64,000 nt of DNA, taken from the NCBI RefSeq assembly GCF_036365525.1, contig NC_090399.1, forward strand, positions 50,004,430-50,068,429. The letters are read 5' to 3'. The notes beneath the pieces are model-generated. The model was not told the DNA's origin. It did not search any database and was given only the letters and a program-made list of their open reading frames with translations. Below are positions 14,370 through 27,600 of the stretch, in pieces. Source of the DNA: Heterodontus francisci (lineage: Eukaryota). The position numbers were made by a program, and so were the translations under genes. Each line of letters starts with the position of its first letter. Positions within the stretch are counted from its first letter, which is position 1.

Positions 14370-17210
14370 GTCCCAGTGGGTAAAAGGGGATGATTCTCTT
14401 CTTTCTGATACTGTATGGTGTATGCATATCTCAGTGCCAGCTCCGGTAAGTTACAGTACACAGTGGGTGAAAGGAGATAATACACTCCTGTCTTGTACTG
14501 TACGGATTGTGTGTGTCTCAGTGTCAGCTCCTGTACAGGCACCACTGGCACCAGCTGGTCCTCATCGTCACAAGGCGAGCCTCTTTAAACAGCTTTCAAA
14601 TCACATGCAGCTTCCACAGTGCGGACTGCGACATCGACCACTTCCTGGTGTGCAGCAAGGTTAGACTCAAACCAAAGAAGCTGCATCATTCCAAGCAGAA
14701 GGGCCGCCCACGCATCAACACTGGCAGAATTTCTCATCCACAGCTGTTACATAAGTTTCTAAATTCACTTGTAACAGCCCTTCAAAACACTCCCACAGGG
14801 GATGCAGGGACCAAGTGGGCCCACATCAGAGACACCATCTATGACTCAGCAATGACCACCGATGGCAATCGTGTGAAGCAGAATGCAGACTGGTTTCAAT
14901 CTCACATTGAAGAGCTGGAACCTGTCATAGCCGCTAAATGCATCGCACTGCTGAACTACAAGAAAGCCCCCAGCGGGTTAACATCCGTAGCACTTAAAGC
15001 AGCCAAAAGCGCTGCACCAAGAACAGCCAGGCGCTGCGCAAATGACTACTGGCAACACCTATGCAGTCATATTCAGCTGGCCTCTGACACCGGAAACATC
15101 AGAGGAATGTATGATGGCATTAAGAGAGCTTTTGGGCCAACCATCAAGAAGATAGCCCCCCTCAAATCTAAATCAGGGGAAACAATCACTGACCAACGCA
15201 AGAAAATGGACCGCCGGGCTGAGCACTACCTAGAACTGTACTCCAGGGAAAATGTTGTCACTGAGACCGCCCTCAATGCAGTCCAGTCTCTGCCAGTCAT
15301 GGATGAGCTGGACGTACAACCAACAAAATCGAGACTCAGTGATGCCATTGATTCTTTAGCCAGTGTAAAAGCCCCTGGGAAGGACGGCATTACCCCTGAA
15401 ATAATCAAGAGTGCCAAGCCTGCTATACTTTCAGCACTGTACGAATTGCTTCGCCTGTGCTGGGATGAGGGAGCAGTACCTCAGGACATGCGCGATGCCA
15501 ATATCATCACCCTCTATAAGAACAAGGGTGACTGCGGTGACTGCAACAACTACCGTGAATCTCCCTGCTCAGCATAGTGGGGAAAGTCTTCACTCGAGTC
15601 GCTTTAAACAGGCTCCAGAATCTGGCTGAGCGTGTCAATCCTGAGGCAAGGTGTGGCCTTCGAGCAGAGAGGTCCACCATTGACATGCTGTTCTCCCTTC
15701 GTCAGCTACAGGAGAAATTCCGTGAACAACAGATGCCCCTCTACGTTGCTTTCATTGATCTCACCAAAGCCTTTGACCTCGTCAGCAGACGTGTTCTCTT
15801 CAGACTACTAGAAAAGATCGGATGTTCACCAAAGCTACTAAGTATCATCACCTCATTCCATGACAATATGAAAGGCACAATTCAGCATAGCGGTGCCTCA
15901 TCAGACCCCTTTCCTATCCTGAGTGGCGTGAAACAGGGCTGTGTTCTCGCACCTACACTGTTTGGGATCTTCTTCTCCCTGCTGCTCTCACATGCTTTCA
16001 AGTCTTCAGAAGAAGGAATTTTCCTCCACACAAGATCAGGGGGCAGGTTGTTCAACCTTGCCCGTCTGAGATCGAAGACCAAAGTACGGAAAGTCCTCAT
16101 CAGGGAACTCCCCTTTGCTGACGATGCTGCATTAACATCTCACACTGAAGAGTGTCTGCAGACTGTCATCGACAGGACTGCGGCTGCCTGCAATAAATTT
16201 GGCCTAACCATCAGCCTCAAGAAAACGAACGTCATGGGACTGGAGGTCGGAAATGCTCCATCCATCAATATTGGCGACCACGCTCTGGAAATGGTTTTGG
16301 AGTTCACCTACCTAGGCTCAGCTATCACCAGTAATCTGTCTATCGATGCAGGAATCAACAAGTGCATGGGAAAGGCTTCCACTGCTATGTCCAGACTGGC
16401 CAAGAGTGTGTGGGAAAATGGCGCGCTGACACGGAACACAAAAGTCCGAGTGTATCAAGCCTGTGTCCTCAGTACCTTGCTCTACGGCAGTGAGGCCTGG
16501 ACAACGTATGTCAGCCAAGAGCAACGTCTCAATTCATTCCATCTTCGCTGCCTCCAGAGAATCCTTGGCATCAGGTGGCAGGACCGTATCTCCAACACAG
16601 AAGTCCTCGAGGCGGCCAACATCCCCAGCATATACACCCTACTGAGCCAGCGACGCTTGAGATGGCTTGGCCAAGGACACATTGTACAGCGAGCTTGTCA
16701 CTGGTATCAGACCCACCAGCCATCCATGTCTCTTCTTTAAGGACATCTGCAAACGCGACATGAAGTCCTGTGACATTGATCACAGGTCGTGGGAGTTAGT
16801 TGCCAGTGATCACCAGAGTTGGCGGACAGCCATAAAGGCGAGGCTAAAGTGTGGCGAGTCAAAGAGACTTAGTAGTTGTCAGGGAAAAAGACAGAAGTGC
16901 AAGGGGAGAGCCAACTATGTAACAGCCCCGACAACCAATTTTATCTGTAGCACCTGTGGATGAGTCTGTCACTCTAGAATTGGCCTTTTTAGCCACTCCA
17001 GGTGCTGCTTCACAAACCACTGACCACCTCCAGGTGCTTACCCACTGTCTCCCGAGACAAGGAGGCCAAAGAAGAAGTGTCAGCTCCTGTACAGGTACAG
17101 TACACAGTGGATAAAAGGAGATGATACACTGCTGTCTGGTACTGTAGTGGGGTATGTATGTCTCAGTGTCAGCTCTTGTACAGGTACAGTGGGTAAAAGG
17201 GAATGTATCA
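14370..17210 (+). repeat. Low-copy ~85-bp tandem repeat (CAGTGGGTAAAAGG...GTGTCAGCTCCTGTACAGGTACAG) split by the RTE insertion
   Basis: Copies start near 14374, 14461, 17105 and 17187. Confidence 0.7.
14540..17076 (+). mobile_element. 5'-truncated RTE-clade LINE (end of APE endonuclease, RT, C-terminal C2H2-like finger), frameshifted, with target-site duplication
   Basis: ORFs 14507-15577 and 15577-16740 with KAPGxDG, FIDLTKAFD, GVKQGCVLAP, FADD; FICSTCG..H finger; GAAGAA tail; exact TSD GTGTCAGCTCCTGTACAGG at 14521-14539 and 17077-17095. Confidence 0.93.
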
Positions 17211-17329
17211 TAAACACTCCTTTCCTGTTTGATTTGAATTGGTAAGAATCACAAATTGCTTTACACATTCACAGGACACGTGTAACGGGCTGTCCAATGT
17301 TTGAGTTTGTTTCAGTGTCACTGGTCCCA

Positions 17330-17880
17330 ATATGTAACCCAAACTGCCCTAGTATCCTGTCTCCCCCTCCCCCTGTGCCCTTTGCATCTCAGTATTACTG
17401 AATACATAATGTAACCTAGACTGCCCTAGCATCCTGTCTCCCCTCCCCCCATGCCCTGTGTGTGTCAGTGTCGCTTGTTCCATTAAGTAAACCAGTGGTC
17501 CCCTCACAGCCTGTCTCCCGACTCCCCCTCCAGAGGTCCTTTTGAATCCTGTCACCCCTACTTCCTAGCACCATGTGTGTCTCACTGTGGCTGATTCCAT
17601 AACGTAACCAGAGTCCTCTTGCAGTCTATCTTCCCCTCCCCCACTCCCTTGTATGTCTCAGTGTTACCGATAACATAATCCAGGAGTCTTCTTGCATCTG
17701 TCTTCCCCTCCCCCGTGCCTTTTATATCTCAGTGTTAACTGATCCTGTGACATAATCCAGGGGTTCTCACAGTCTGTCTTCCCCTCCCCCCTGCCCTATT
17801 TGTCTCAGTGTTACCGGCTCCACTATGTAACCCAGGGATCCCCTCATAGCCTGTCTCCCACTCCCCGGTGACTTGTGTGT
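17330..17880 (+). repeat. Degenerate ~65-75-bp tandem repeat (…CCTGTCTCCCCTCCCCC…TCTCAGTGTTAC…TAACC…)
   Basis: About 7-8 diverged copies visible. Confidence 0.65.
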
Positions 17881-18149
17881 TTCCCACACTGCACATCCCA
17901 CACTGCCCAGCGACTGCAGTTAAAGAACTAAAGTTAAACTGAATCTGTTCCAACAGGTGCAGAACTGGAGCTGGTGCCGACACCTTCTTTCTACTCTACT
18001 CTGGCGGCTACCGCTTTCCATCGGAGGGTTTAAACTAATTTGGGAGGGGGGGTGGGGGCAGTGGGACGAAGCAAGGTGCATAGAGGACTGAGAGAGACAA
18101 ACAGCATGTGAGTAAAGAGTAGAACAGAAATAGAAGGCATCAGAGATGG

Positions 18150-18660
18150 TGCTGGCAGAGTAGGGTTGAGGAAATATCTGGGCTTGGAGTTGCAGGCGTG
18201 TAAATGCCGCATGGTAAATAAGGTTGGTGAACTCTAGGTACAAATCACCACCTGGGATTATGATAGAGTGGCGTTAACAGGGACCTGACTCAAACAAGGA
18301 GAGAAATGGGAATGTAATATTCCTGGCTACAAGACATTCAGGAAAGATAGGGAAAGAGAAAAGGAGTTGGGTTGGCAGTATTGATCAAAGGAACTATCAT
18401 TGCACTGGAAAGGGATGATGTAAAGACCTATTTTTCTATGTGGTTAGAACTATAGAACAGTAAAGACTTTATTATATTACCGGGTGTAATCTATAAACCA
18501 CCAAATAGTGGCAAGGTGATAGAGAAGCAAATCTGCAGGCAAATTACAGAAGGATACACAAACGACAGAGTAGAGATAATGGGGGAGTTCAGGGATTCTA
18601 ATATATACTGGGATAGTAACAGTGCGAAGGGCAGAGAGAGGGTGGAAAAAACAAAAGGCA
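18150..18660 (+). mobile_element. CR1-type LINE endonuclease fragment, degenerate
   Basis: Remnants of IPGY..FRKDR..GVG, GVIYKPPNS and IMGEF..NI.W motifs. Confidence 0.65.
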
Positions 18661-19859
18661 AGGTCTGTAATCAGGTGGAGGGCAGTAGAAATTCAATGAT
18701 AAAAGGGATGATGGTGGAAGGCAAAAGAGGATGGTAATGCAGCAAATACAGAAACAGTGGCTCTGGAGAAGATGTAAATGGGTAAAACAGAATCGTCACC
18801 GACAGCTGCTGTCTAAAAAAGGGAACAGAGTGACTCCTGACACCAGAGCAGATGTGTATTCTGCACATGCTCACATCCATGCATGTATCGGGCTGCTGAA
18901 TTGCACTCGTTCACTCACGCTCAGTTTCCAATACTTCGATGACGTGTTTAGCGAACGCCCTCAGGCGCCTGACAGTGTCTGGATTTCTTGCACGTGCGCT
19001 GTTCCAATCCATACATGGTGACATCATCACGCGCCTTCGCTGACGTGGTGGCGCCCTCGGAACTTCCTCAGTCGTACAAGTTGGGGCCCCAAGAAGAGAT
19101 TATCTTTAAACCAGAGAGGTGGCTGTGCATTGTTTCAGACCTGAGCACCTGGCCATTTATGTATTAATTATTGTACTTATTTAGTAATCATTGCATTTCA
19201 CACCATCGGAAGGAGGTTAAATCTCCCTTTCGTCTCTGTGCTCCTTTGCCATGGATCTCAATCCTTGTTAATCTGTTACCATCTTTGCACTTTCTCCTCC
19301 AATCTCCTCTCTTCCACTCTTCCTCTGCCTCTAACAATGGGTGTATTTTAGTTGAATGACAAGTTCAACTTTAATGTTACCTATGCTTTCGCCCGACCAA
19401 GCTTAAATCTGGTCTGCACCATTGCCCATCCTCTGACCACTGTAAACCATGGCGCGGAGTCAACTCCCCCTTTGCCCCTTTATTCCCTTTACCCACTTTA
19501 TCCTGGCCGTCACGTGGGACTAAGTCCTCTTAATTCAGGCTCAGGCTGGGTGTTTGGGATATCGGGGTTACAGGAGAGCCACCCTCCACCTAATCCACCG
19601 GCTAGAGTTAATGGCTTAGTACAAAGAGGAGGAAACTCAGTCCTTTCTTTAACTATCGGTTAACCTGGTCAGTAGCCAGCTGTAGTGAAACACACTCCTC
19701 TCTGTGTGGTAATTCATCATGATTTAAAGCTTGCACACAGCTGTAGAAAAGTTTACACAAACATCAAGCAAATCAATAAATGCTTACAAGCTGTTAAACT
19801 CGAGGAACTCCACGTCAAGGCACAGGAGTAATCAGCTCCCTGGTAACCCTTGAGGTTTC

Positions 19860-21029
19860 TTCTCCTTTAATTCTTATTCCTCCCGTCTTTAACTTTTCCA
19901 TTGTACTGGTGCCTGCGTCCAGTATCTGGACCATTTAGAAATCCGGCACTCATTGAGTTCGCTATTCTTTGTGTCAGCACAGAGTGTCCCACTTGTTCCA
20001 CTAAGGCTGCAGGAGATGACTGTTTCCCTGGAAATAGTTTTGAGGCAGCAGACATCTGATCCAACAGGGAGTCTTTTTCCAAGAACTGAACCCCAGTTAG
20101 AACCAGGAGCCTGTCCATATGCGACACCCTAGCACAATCTAGCATTATAAATGCTAGCGTTGAACCAGGGATCTCCACATTGAATTTCCTCCATCTTTTA
20201 TATTGTCTGTTGAAGTCCACGATATATTTCTCCATTGAATAGCCATCTGTTTTCAAAAATCTATCAAGGTCTGACCATTTCACATAGGTATTTAATGGTC
20301 CATCTTTCTTGCACATCTCATTCAAAAATTCTAACAGAAGATCCAAACCTTCATCAGTATCCAACTAATGAGTATCCAGTTCACAAATTGCTTAAACTTT
20401 TGATTTTACTTTTGGTAGGAAGTGACAATGCCAAGGCCATACCTTGTTTCCTTTTTGGTAGAGACATATTATGTGTCCACATATCCACTTCATTCTTCCA
20501 CTGGTCTTATAGTTCAAACTCAGAGAACATCGGAGCGTAATCGTACCTTGACAATTTTAGAGTCATAGAGAGATACAGCACTGAAACAGGCCCTTCAGCT
20601 CACTGAGTCTGTGCTGACCATCAACCACCCATTTATACCAATCGTACATTAATCCCATATCCCCTACCTTCCCTCAATTCTCCTACCACCTACCTACACT
20701 AGGGACAATTTACAATGACCAATTTAAACATGTATCTGTCATTACCACAATAGCCACTGGGATTTTAGATTTCCATGTGATTTCTTTTTCTTGGTTTCCA
20801 ACGATCACCTTTAGGCAACCATTCTCTGCTACCATGGTATACTCCAGAAAGCTTCTTGTTGAAGGATGATACTGGAGCCAATCTTTACTCAGTTTTGCAT
20901 TTATTTTACGAAGTGAAAAAGTTACAAAAAGGAAGCTCCTCACTTAAACCTTCACCCAGTTTCACTAAAATGTCTGCTTACATATATTCAAGAAGCCCGC
21001 CATCTGCATATGATTAAACACAATTAACA
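19860..21029 (-). mobile_element. Copia-like (GalEa-type) LTR retrotransposon remnant: 5' LTR ~21029-20835, tRNA-iMet PBS 20834-20817, degenerate gag
   Basis: Minus strand TGTTAA...CA LTR followed directly by TGGTAGCAGAGAATGGTT (17/18 complementary to the vertebrate tRNA-iMet 3' end). Gag-like DQWKNEVDMW..KQGMALALSLP..LDTDEGLDLLLEFL..LAF..LDCA. Confidence 0.7.
20558..20730 (-). mobile_element. SINE fragment (HE1/V-SINE-like with CR1-type tail) inserted into the LTR element
   Basis: TAGAGTCATAGAG...CAGCACTGAAACAGGCCCTTC tail and CCTACACTAGGGACAATTTA body motif typical of shark SINEs, recognised from memory. Confidence 0.55.
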
Positions 21030-21151
21030 TACAGAACCCAGGGGTCAAAGGGCAAGGTGCAGTACACCACTACACTGAACCCAGCCCCGGAGTGAAATGT
21101 AACAAAACATTAATGCAAAGCAGCAAAAGATCCATCCGGCCAGTTATCTTG

Positions 21152-21278
21152 TTAGATGCAACAGTGAGGCTGCTCAGGTTTGCAGTCACTCGCCAGTGTA
21201 ACAGAGAGCATCTCCATGCTGTCTTCCCAGCTGCGCAGCTGGTGAGAGTCTTGGATTGAATGAGGAATCAATGCTCGT
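21152..21278 (-). other. Probable terminal exon of the class I-like gene (3' UTR in the current frame; former cytoplasmic-tail exon if exon 5 is frameshifted)
   Basis: Strong polypyrimidine acceptor ctcctcccatttctccttcccag|AC about 250 nt after the exon-5 donor. Phase-2 reading is open: RALIPHSIQDSHQLRSWEDSMEMLSVTLASDCKPEQPHCCI*. Confidence 0.5.
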
Positions 21279-21334
21279 CTGGGAAGGAGAAATGGGAGGA
21301 GATTAGAGATGGAATATTGCCATTTATTAACTTG

Positions 21335-21465
21335 TTTCCTTGTTCGTGCATTTCCTACATTACAACAGTGACTACACTTCAAAAAGTACTTCATCAGCTG
21401 TAAAGTGCTTTGAGATGTCAGGTGCTCATGAAAGGCGCTATAGAAATGCAAGTCTTTCTTTTTTG
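21335..21465 (+). mobile_element. 3' part of a Deu-domain SINE (SacSINE1/AmnSINE-like) in the last intron
   Basis: TTTCCTACATTACAACAGTGACTACACTTCAAAAAGTACTTCAT...GAAAGGCGCTATAGAAATGCAAGTCTTT; the same tail occurs at 56520-56610 and 62480-62580. Confidence 0.75.
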
Positions 21466-21567
21466 TCAAGTTACTTGTTTTTAGGTTGATGATTAAGATG
21501 TGGGACTGGGATGCGTGATCTTACTCACCTGCGCTTAGACCTTTCCTCTCTCCTAATGTTCTGTTCT

Positions 21568-21653
21568 CTAAACCTCTCCTGCGATTATTGCCAGCACAGC
21601 TAAGAGCCCCAGCACTGGGCCAGGACTAATAATCTCATTCGACCCTCCGGATT
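21568..21653 (-). CDS. Class I-like exon 5, connecting peptide plus hydrophobic segment ending in TAG (ESGGSNEIISPGPVLGLLAVLAIIAGEV*)
   Basis: Acceptor tttttacctggtgtgcag|AA. Phase-1 reading gives a linker plus hydrophobic stretch. The exon continues past the stop to a strong donor CAG|GTGAGT at 21529. Confidence 0.72.
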
Positions 21654-24600
21654 CTGCACACCAGGTAAAAACACATACAGCACATTAAGGGACATTAACA
21701 GTGAAGTACGAGAAGTTGAAGATAATAACCCACTTCGCCAGGAGTGTTTATGTCACTGACAATGGGGGCAACCCTCAGCTCACACACCCCAACCAGCACC
21801 CCCCTCCCCCCGCAACAGCATTCGACCCAACAATGGAGCAGCTACACTTTCAATTTTGGAATTGATAGGTTTTGGGTGACAACCAATGGGCCCCCGTTTT
21901 ACACCCGACCCCACATTTCTTTTCCATTGAGTGGGTAAAACAGAGCTACGGATTCACACTTGCCAGTTTCCGTGTTACTGCCCGAGGTCAGTTTCACCAC
22001 CCGAGAGCTTGAGAACGGCCCATCTTGGATTGTCCATCAGCGGCTGGTGAGATCCATTTTTAAGGAAAACCATTCCGCAGGATTTCTATAGGAAGTGGCT
22101 TTCGGTTGAATATTGTCAAGCATTGGCTAAAGATTGCCTGTATCCTATTGCAATGATATATCCAATGCAATCGAAGACCATGGACAGAATTTTTAACCAG
22201 ACCAACTCGTTGGCAGTGGATGATTGCCTGGGGGTGGTGGGTCAGGAATCCGCTTGTGAAAGAAGTGGGCTTTGCCGTGGCTGTTTATCTCAGCCGTGGC
22301 ATTAATATCGCGCCTCCGGGTTTCCCAACCAGTCACAGAGTACAGGCGTGGTGATGACCCGCAACCATCAATGGAAGGATTTCTATTTAAAGGGAGCACC
22401 CCCTCCCCACCCTGCTCAATTAGGGGTCTGAATGGCTGCATCTGAGCATCTGGTTCCTGAGGCTTCAGCAAGCACAAGAATGAAAGTGCAAGGTGGAAAT
22501 TCTGCTCCCCGGTTCTCTGACTCTTCCCTGGAGATCCTACCGTGGGCTGCAATGGCCTGCAGAGCAGTATTGTTTCCTGTGGCTGGAAGTGGCAGACACA
22601 GTAAGCAGTAGACTTTTACATCTTTCCTGAATTGGGGTGCCCAGAATTGGGCACGATACTCCAGCTGAGGCCTAGCCAGTAATTTATAAAGTTCCAGCAT
22701 GATCTCTTTGCTTTCGTATTCTTGTGCCTTTAATTATTAACCCAAATGCTCGTAAAACCACCTGATCAACTTGGCCTGCCCGTGTTTTGAAGGAATTATG
22801 TATAGGACACCAAGGTCACCAATACTTTTCAAAATCTACCCATTTACAGTTAAATGTCTTTCCACATCTGTCCTTCCAAAGTACATCACCTGACATGTCT
22901 CCACATTGAACTCCATCCACCAGATGTTTTTGAACATCTGTGAACTTTATAATGCTGCTCCCTACATCGTAGACAAAATCGTTTATAAAAACTGAAAAGA
23001 GCAATGGACTCAAAACTGACCCTCAGGAAACGTCAGCGTGTCTGAAAAACATCCACCCCCACGAACCTTCACTTCCTGTCACTGAGATATTTATGTATCC
23101 ATAACGCTGCTTCCCCCTTAATTCCATGGGCTTCCATCTTCTTAATAAGCCTCCTGCATGGCAGTTTGTCGAACGCTTTCTGAAAGTCCATATATATATA
23201 TATATATATATAATATCTACTGCACGACTTTCTCTGTTACCTCAAAGAATTCAGTCAAGTTAGACAGACAAGATTTATCTTTAACATTTCCGTGCTGTCT
23301 CTCCCTGAGTAAAACAAACCTTTCCAACTGAAAGGCTGAGGTCATGAACTCCCCGGTCTGCTGAGTGACTATTTGCCCCCCGACCTCACCGGCTGTACCT
23401 GAATCTGTTCATGTCTTTGTGGTTTAATTTCAGTCAGTCTCCAGCCCGGTGCTGGTCGAGTTCTATAGTTAGGCCTCTCCTCACTCTTCCATGTATTTTT
23501 CAAAACTCTCTTTCCCTCCATTTTACCTCTATCTCGTTGACTCATGACTAATAAAGGGTAAATAAGTTAAATCTGTTTCCAGTGGCAGAAGCATCAGTAA
23601 CTAGAGGACACAGATTTAATATAACTGCAGGGCTATGAGGAAAGAGAGAGGACAAGCAGGCCTATATTGAATAGTGCTTTAAAAGAACTGCACAGGCATG
23701 ATGCGCCAAATGTTGTCTTTTGTGCAGCATCATTGTATGATAACTTACCTGACCTCACTATCAGAGTCTTGGACAGGCTGCTGTGTTGAACCTGACAGGA
23801 GTAGTCATTTGCGCCAATGCCTTCAATGTTAATGAGGATTTCCATCCTGTATGTCGCATCATGGTTTGGTAAAACTGTCACACTAAGGTGGTCTGACACA
23901 GGTTCGTCATTCCTCAGCCAGGTGGCATTGATGGCACGTGGGTAGAAGGCAGTGATGAGGCACAAGAGGGTTCTGGGCACCCCACCAGTGAAGTTCCTTT
24001 GGAAAAGCAGCACCTGAGGAGCAACTGGGGAAGAACTGAGAATCAAATCACTATTTCTATAAACTCGATAACACATTCAGCAAAGAGAACCAGATCACAC
24101 TCAGTATCTGCATCCAAATCACACTCTGCATCTGGATCCAGATCACACTCAGTATCTGCATCCAAATCACACTCTGCATCTGGATCCAGATCACACTCAG
24201 TATCCAGATCCAGATCAGACTCAGCATCCCGATCCAGATCACACTCAGTATCCGGATCTAGATCACACTCTGCATCTGGATCCAGATCACACTCAGTATC
24301 CAGATCCAGATCAGACTCAGCATCCCGATCCAGATCACACTCAGTATCCAGATCCAGATCAGACTCAGCATCCCGATCCAGATCACACTCAGTATCCAGA
24401 TCCAGATCAGAATCAGCATCCGGATCCAGATCACACTCAGTATCCAGATCCAGATCAGACTCAGCATCCCGATCCAGATCACACTCAGTATCCAGATCCA
24501 GATCAGACTCAGCATCCGGATCCAGATCACACTCAGTATCCAGATCCAGATCAGACTCAGCATCCCGATCCAGATCACACTCAGTATCCAGATCCAGATC

Positions 24601-27600
24601 AGACTCAGCATCCGGATCCAGATCAGACTCAGTATCTGGATCCAGATCACACTCAGCATCTGGATCCAGATCACACTCTGCATCCGGATCCAGATCACAC
24701 TCAGTATCCGGATCTAGATCACACTCAGCATCCCGATCCAGATCACACTCTGCATCCGGATCCAGATCACACTCAGTATCTGCATCCAATTCACACTCTG
24801 CATCTGGATCCAGATCACACTCAGTATCCAGATCCAGATCACACTCAGCATCCCGATCCAGATCACACTCAGCATCCCGATCCAGATCACACTCAGGATC
24901 CGGATCTAGATCACACTCAGCATCTGCATCCAAATCACACTCTGCATCCGGATTCAGATCACACTCAGTATCCAGATCCAGATCACATTCTGCATCCAGA
25001 TCCAGATCACACTCAGCATCCCGATCCAGATCAGACTCAGTATCCGGATCCAGATCACACTCAGTATCCAGATCCAGATCACACTCAGTATCCGGATCCA
25101 GATCAGACTCAGTATCCGGATCCAGATCACACTCTGCATCCCGATCCAGAGCAGACTCAGTATCCAGATCCAGATCACACTCAGCATCCCGATCCAGATC
25201 ACACTCAGTATCCAGATCCAGATCACACTCAGTATCCGGATCCAGATCACACTCTGCATCCGGATCCAGATCACACTCAGCATCCTGATCCAGATCACAC
25301 TCAGTATCCGGATCCAGATCACACTCTGCATCCGGATCCAGATCAGACTCAGCATCCCGATCCAGATCAGACTCAGTATCCGGATCCAGATCAGACTCAG
25401 TATCTGGATCCAGATCAGACTCAGTATCCGGATCCAGATCACACTCTGCATCCAGATCCAGATCAGACTCAGTATCCCGATCCAGATCACACTCAGAATC
25501 CGGGTCCAGATCACACTCAGTATCCGGATCCAGATCACACTCAGCATCCCGATCCAGATCACACACATTATCCAGATCCAGATCACACTCTGCATCCGGA
25601 TCCAGATCACACTCAGCATCCTGATCCAGATCACACTCAGTATCCGGATCCAGATCACACTCAGTATCCAGATCCAGATCAGACTCAGTATCCAGATCCA
25701 GATCAGACTCAGTATCCGGATACAGATCACACTCAGTATCCGGATCCAGATCAGACTCAGTATCCAGATCCAGATCACACTCAGTATCCCGATCCAGATC
25801 ACACTCAGTATCCGGATCCAGATCACATTCAGTATCCGGATCCAGATCACACTCAGTATCCGGATCCAGATCAGAATCAGTATCTGGATCCAGATCACAC
25901 TCAGTATCCAGATCAGACTCAGTATCCGGATCCAGATCAGACTCAGTATCCGGATCCAGATCACACTCAGCATCCCGATCCAGATCACACTCAGTATCCG
26001 GATCCAGATCACACTCTGCATCCCGATCCAGATCACACTCTGCATCCGGATCCAGATCACACTCAGCATCCCGATCCACATCACACTCAGTATCCGGATC
26101 CAGATCACACTCAGCATCCCGATACAGATCACACTCAGTATCTGGATCCAGATCACACTCAGTATCCGGATCCAGATCACACTCTGCATCCGGATACATA
26201 TCACACTCAGAATCTGGATCCAGATCACACTCTGCATCCGGATACAGATCACACTCAGCATCCCGATCTAGATCACACTCAGTATCCAGATCCAGATCAG
26301 ACTCAGTATCCAGATCCAGATCACACTCTGCATCCGGATCCAGATCACACTCAGTAACCGGATCCAGATCAGACTCAGTATCCAGATCCAGATCACACTC
26401 AGCATCCCGATCCAGATCACACTCAGAATCCGGATCCAGATCACACTCTGCATCCGGATACAGATCACACTCAGCATCCCGATCCAGATCACACTCAGTA
26501 TCCGGATCCAGATCAGACTCAGTATCCGGATCCAGATCACACTCAGCATCCCGATCTAGATCACACTCAGTATCCAGATCCAGATCAGACTCAGTATCCA
26601 GATCCAGATCACACTCTGCATCCGGATCCAGATCACACTCAGTATCCGGATCCAGATCAGACTCAGTATCCAGATCCAGATCACACTCAGCATCCCGATC
26701 CAGATCACACTCAGTATCCAGATCCAGATCACACTCTGCATCCGGATCCAGATCACACTCAGCATCCAGATCCAGATCACACTCAGTATCTGGATCCAGA
26801 TCACACTCAGTATCCAGATCCAGATCACACTCAGCATCCCGATCCAGATCACACTCAGTATCCAGATCCAGATCACACTCTGCATCCGGATCCAGATCAC
26901 ACTCAGCATCCCGATCCAGATCACACTCAGTATCCGGATCCAGATCACACTCAGCATCCCGATCCAGATCACACTCAGTATCCGGATCCAGATCAGACTC
27001 AGTATCCGGATCCAGATCACACTCAGCATCCCGATCCAGATCACACTCAGTATCCAGATCCAGATCACACTCTGCATCCGGATCCAGATCACACTCAGCA
27101 TCCCGATCCAGATCACACTCAGTATCCGGATCCAGATCACACTCAGCATCCCGATCCAGATCACACTCAGTATCCGGATCCAGATCACACTCAGTATCCG
27201 GATCCAGATCACACTCAGCATCCCGATCCAGATCACACTCAGTATCCGGATCCCGATCACACTCAGTATCTGGATCCAGATCACACTCTGCATCCGGATC
27301 CAGATCACACTCTGCATCCCGATCCAGATCACACTCAGTATCCGGATCCAGATCACACTCAGTATCCGGATTCAGATCACACTCAGCATCCAGATTCAGA
27401 TCACACTCAGCATCCTGATCCAGATCACACTCAGTATCCCGAACCAGATCACACTCAGTATCCGGATCCAGATCACACTCAGTATCCGGATTCAGATCAC
27501 ACTCAGCATCCCGATCCAGATCACACTCAGTATCCGGATCCAGATCACACTCTGCATCCCGATCCTGATCACACTCAGTATCCGGATCCATATCACACTC

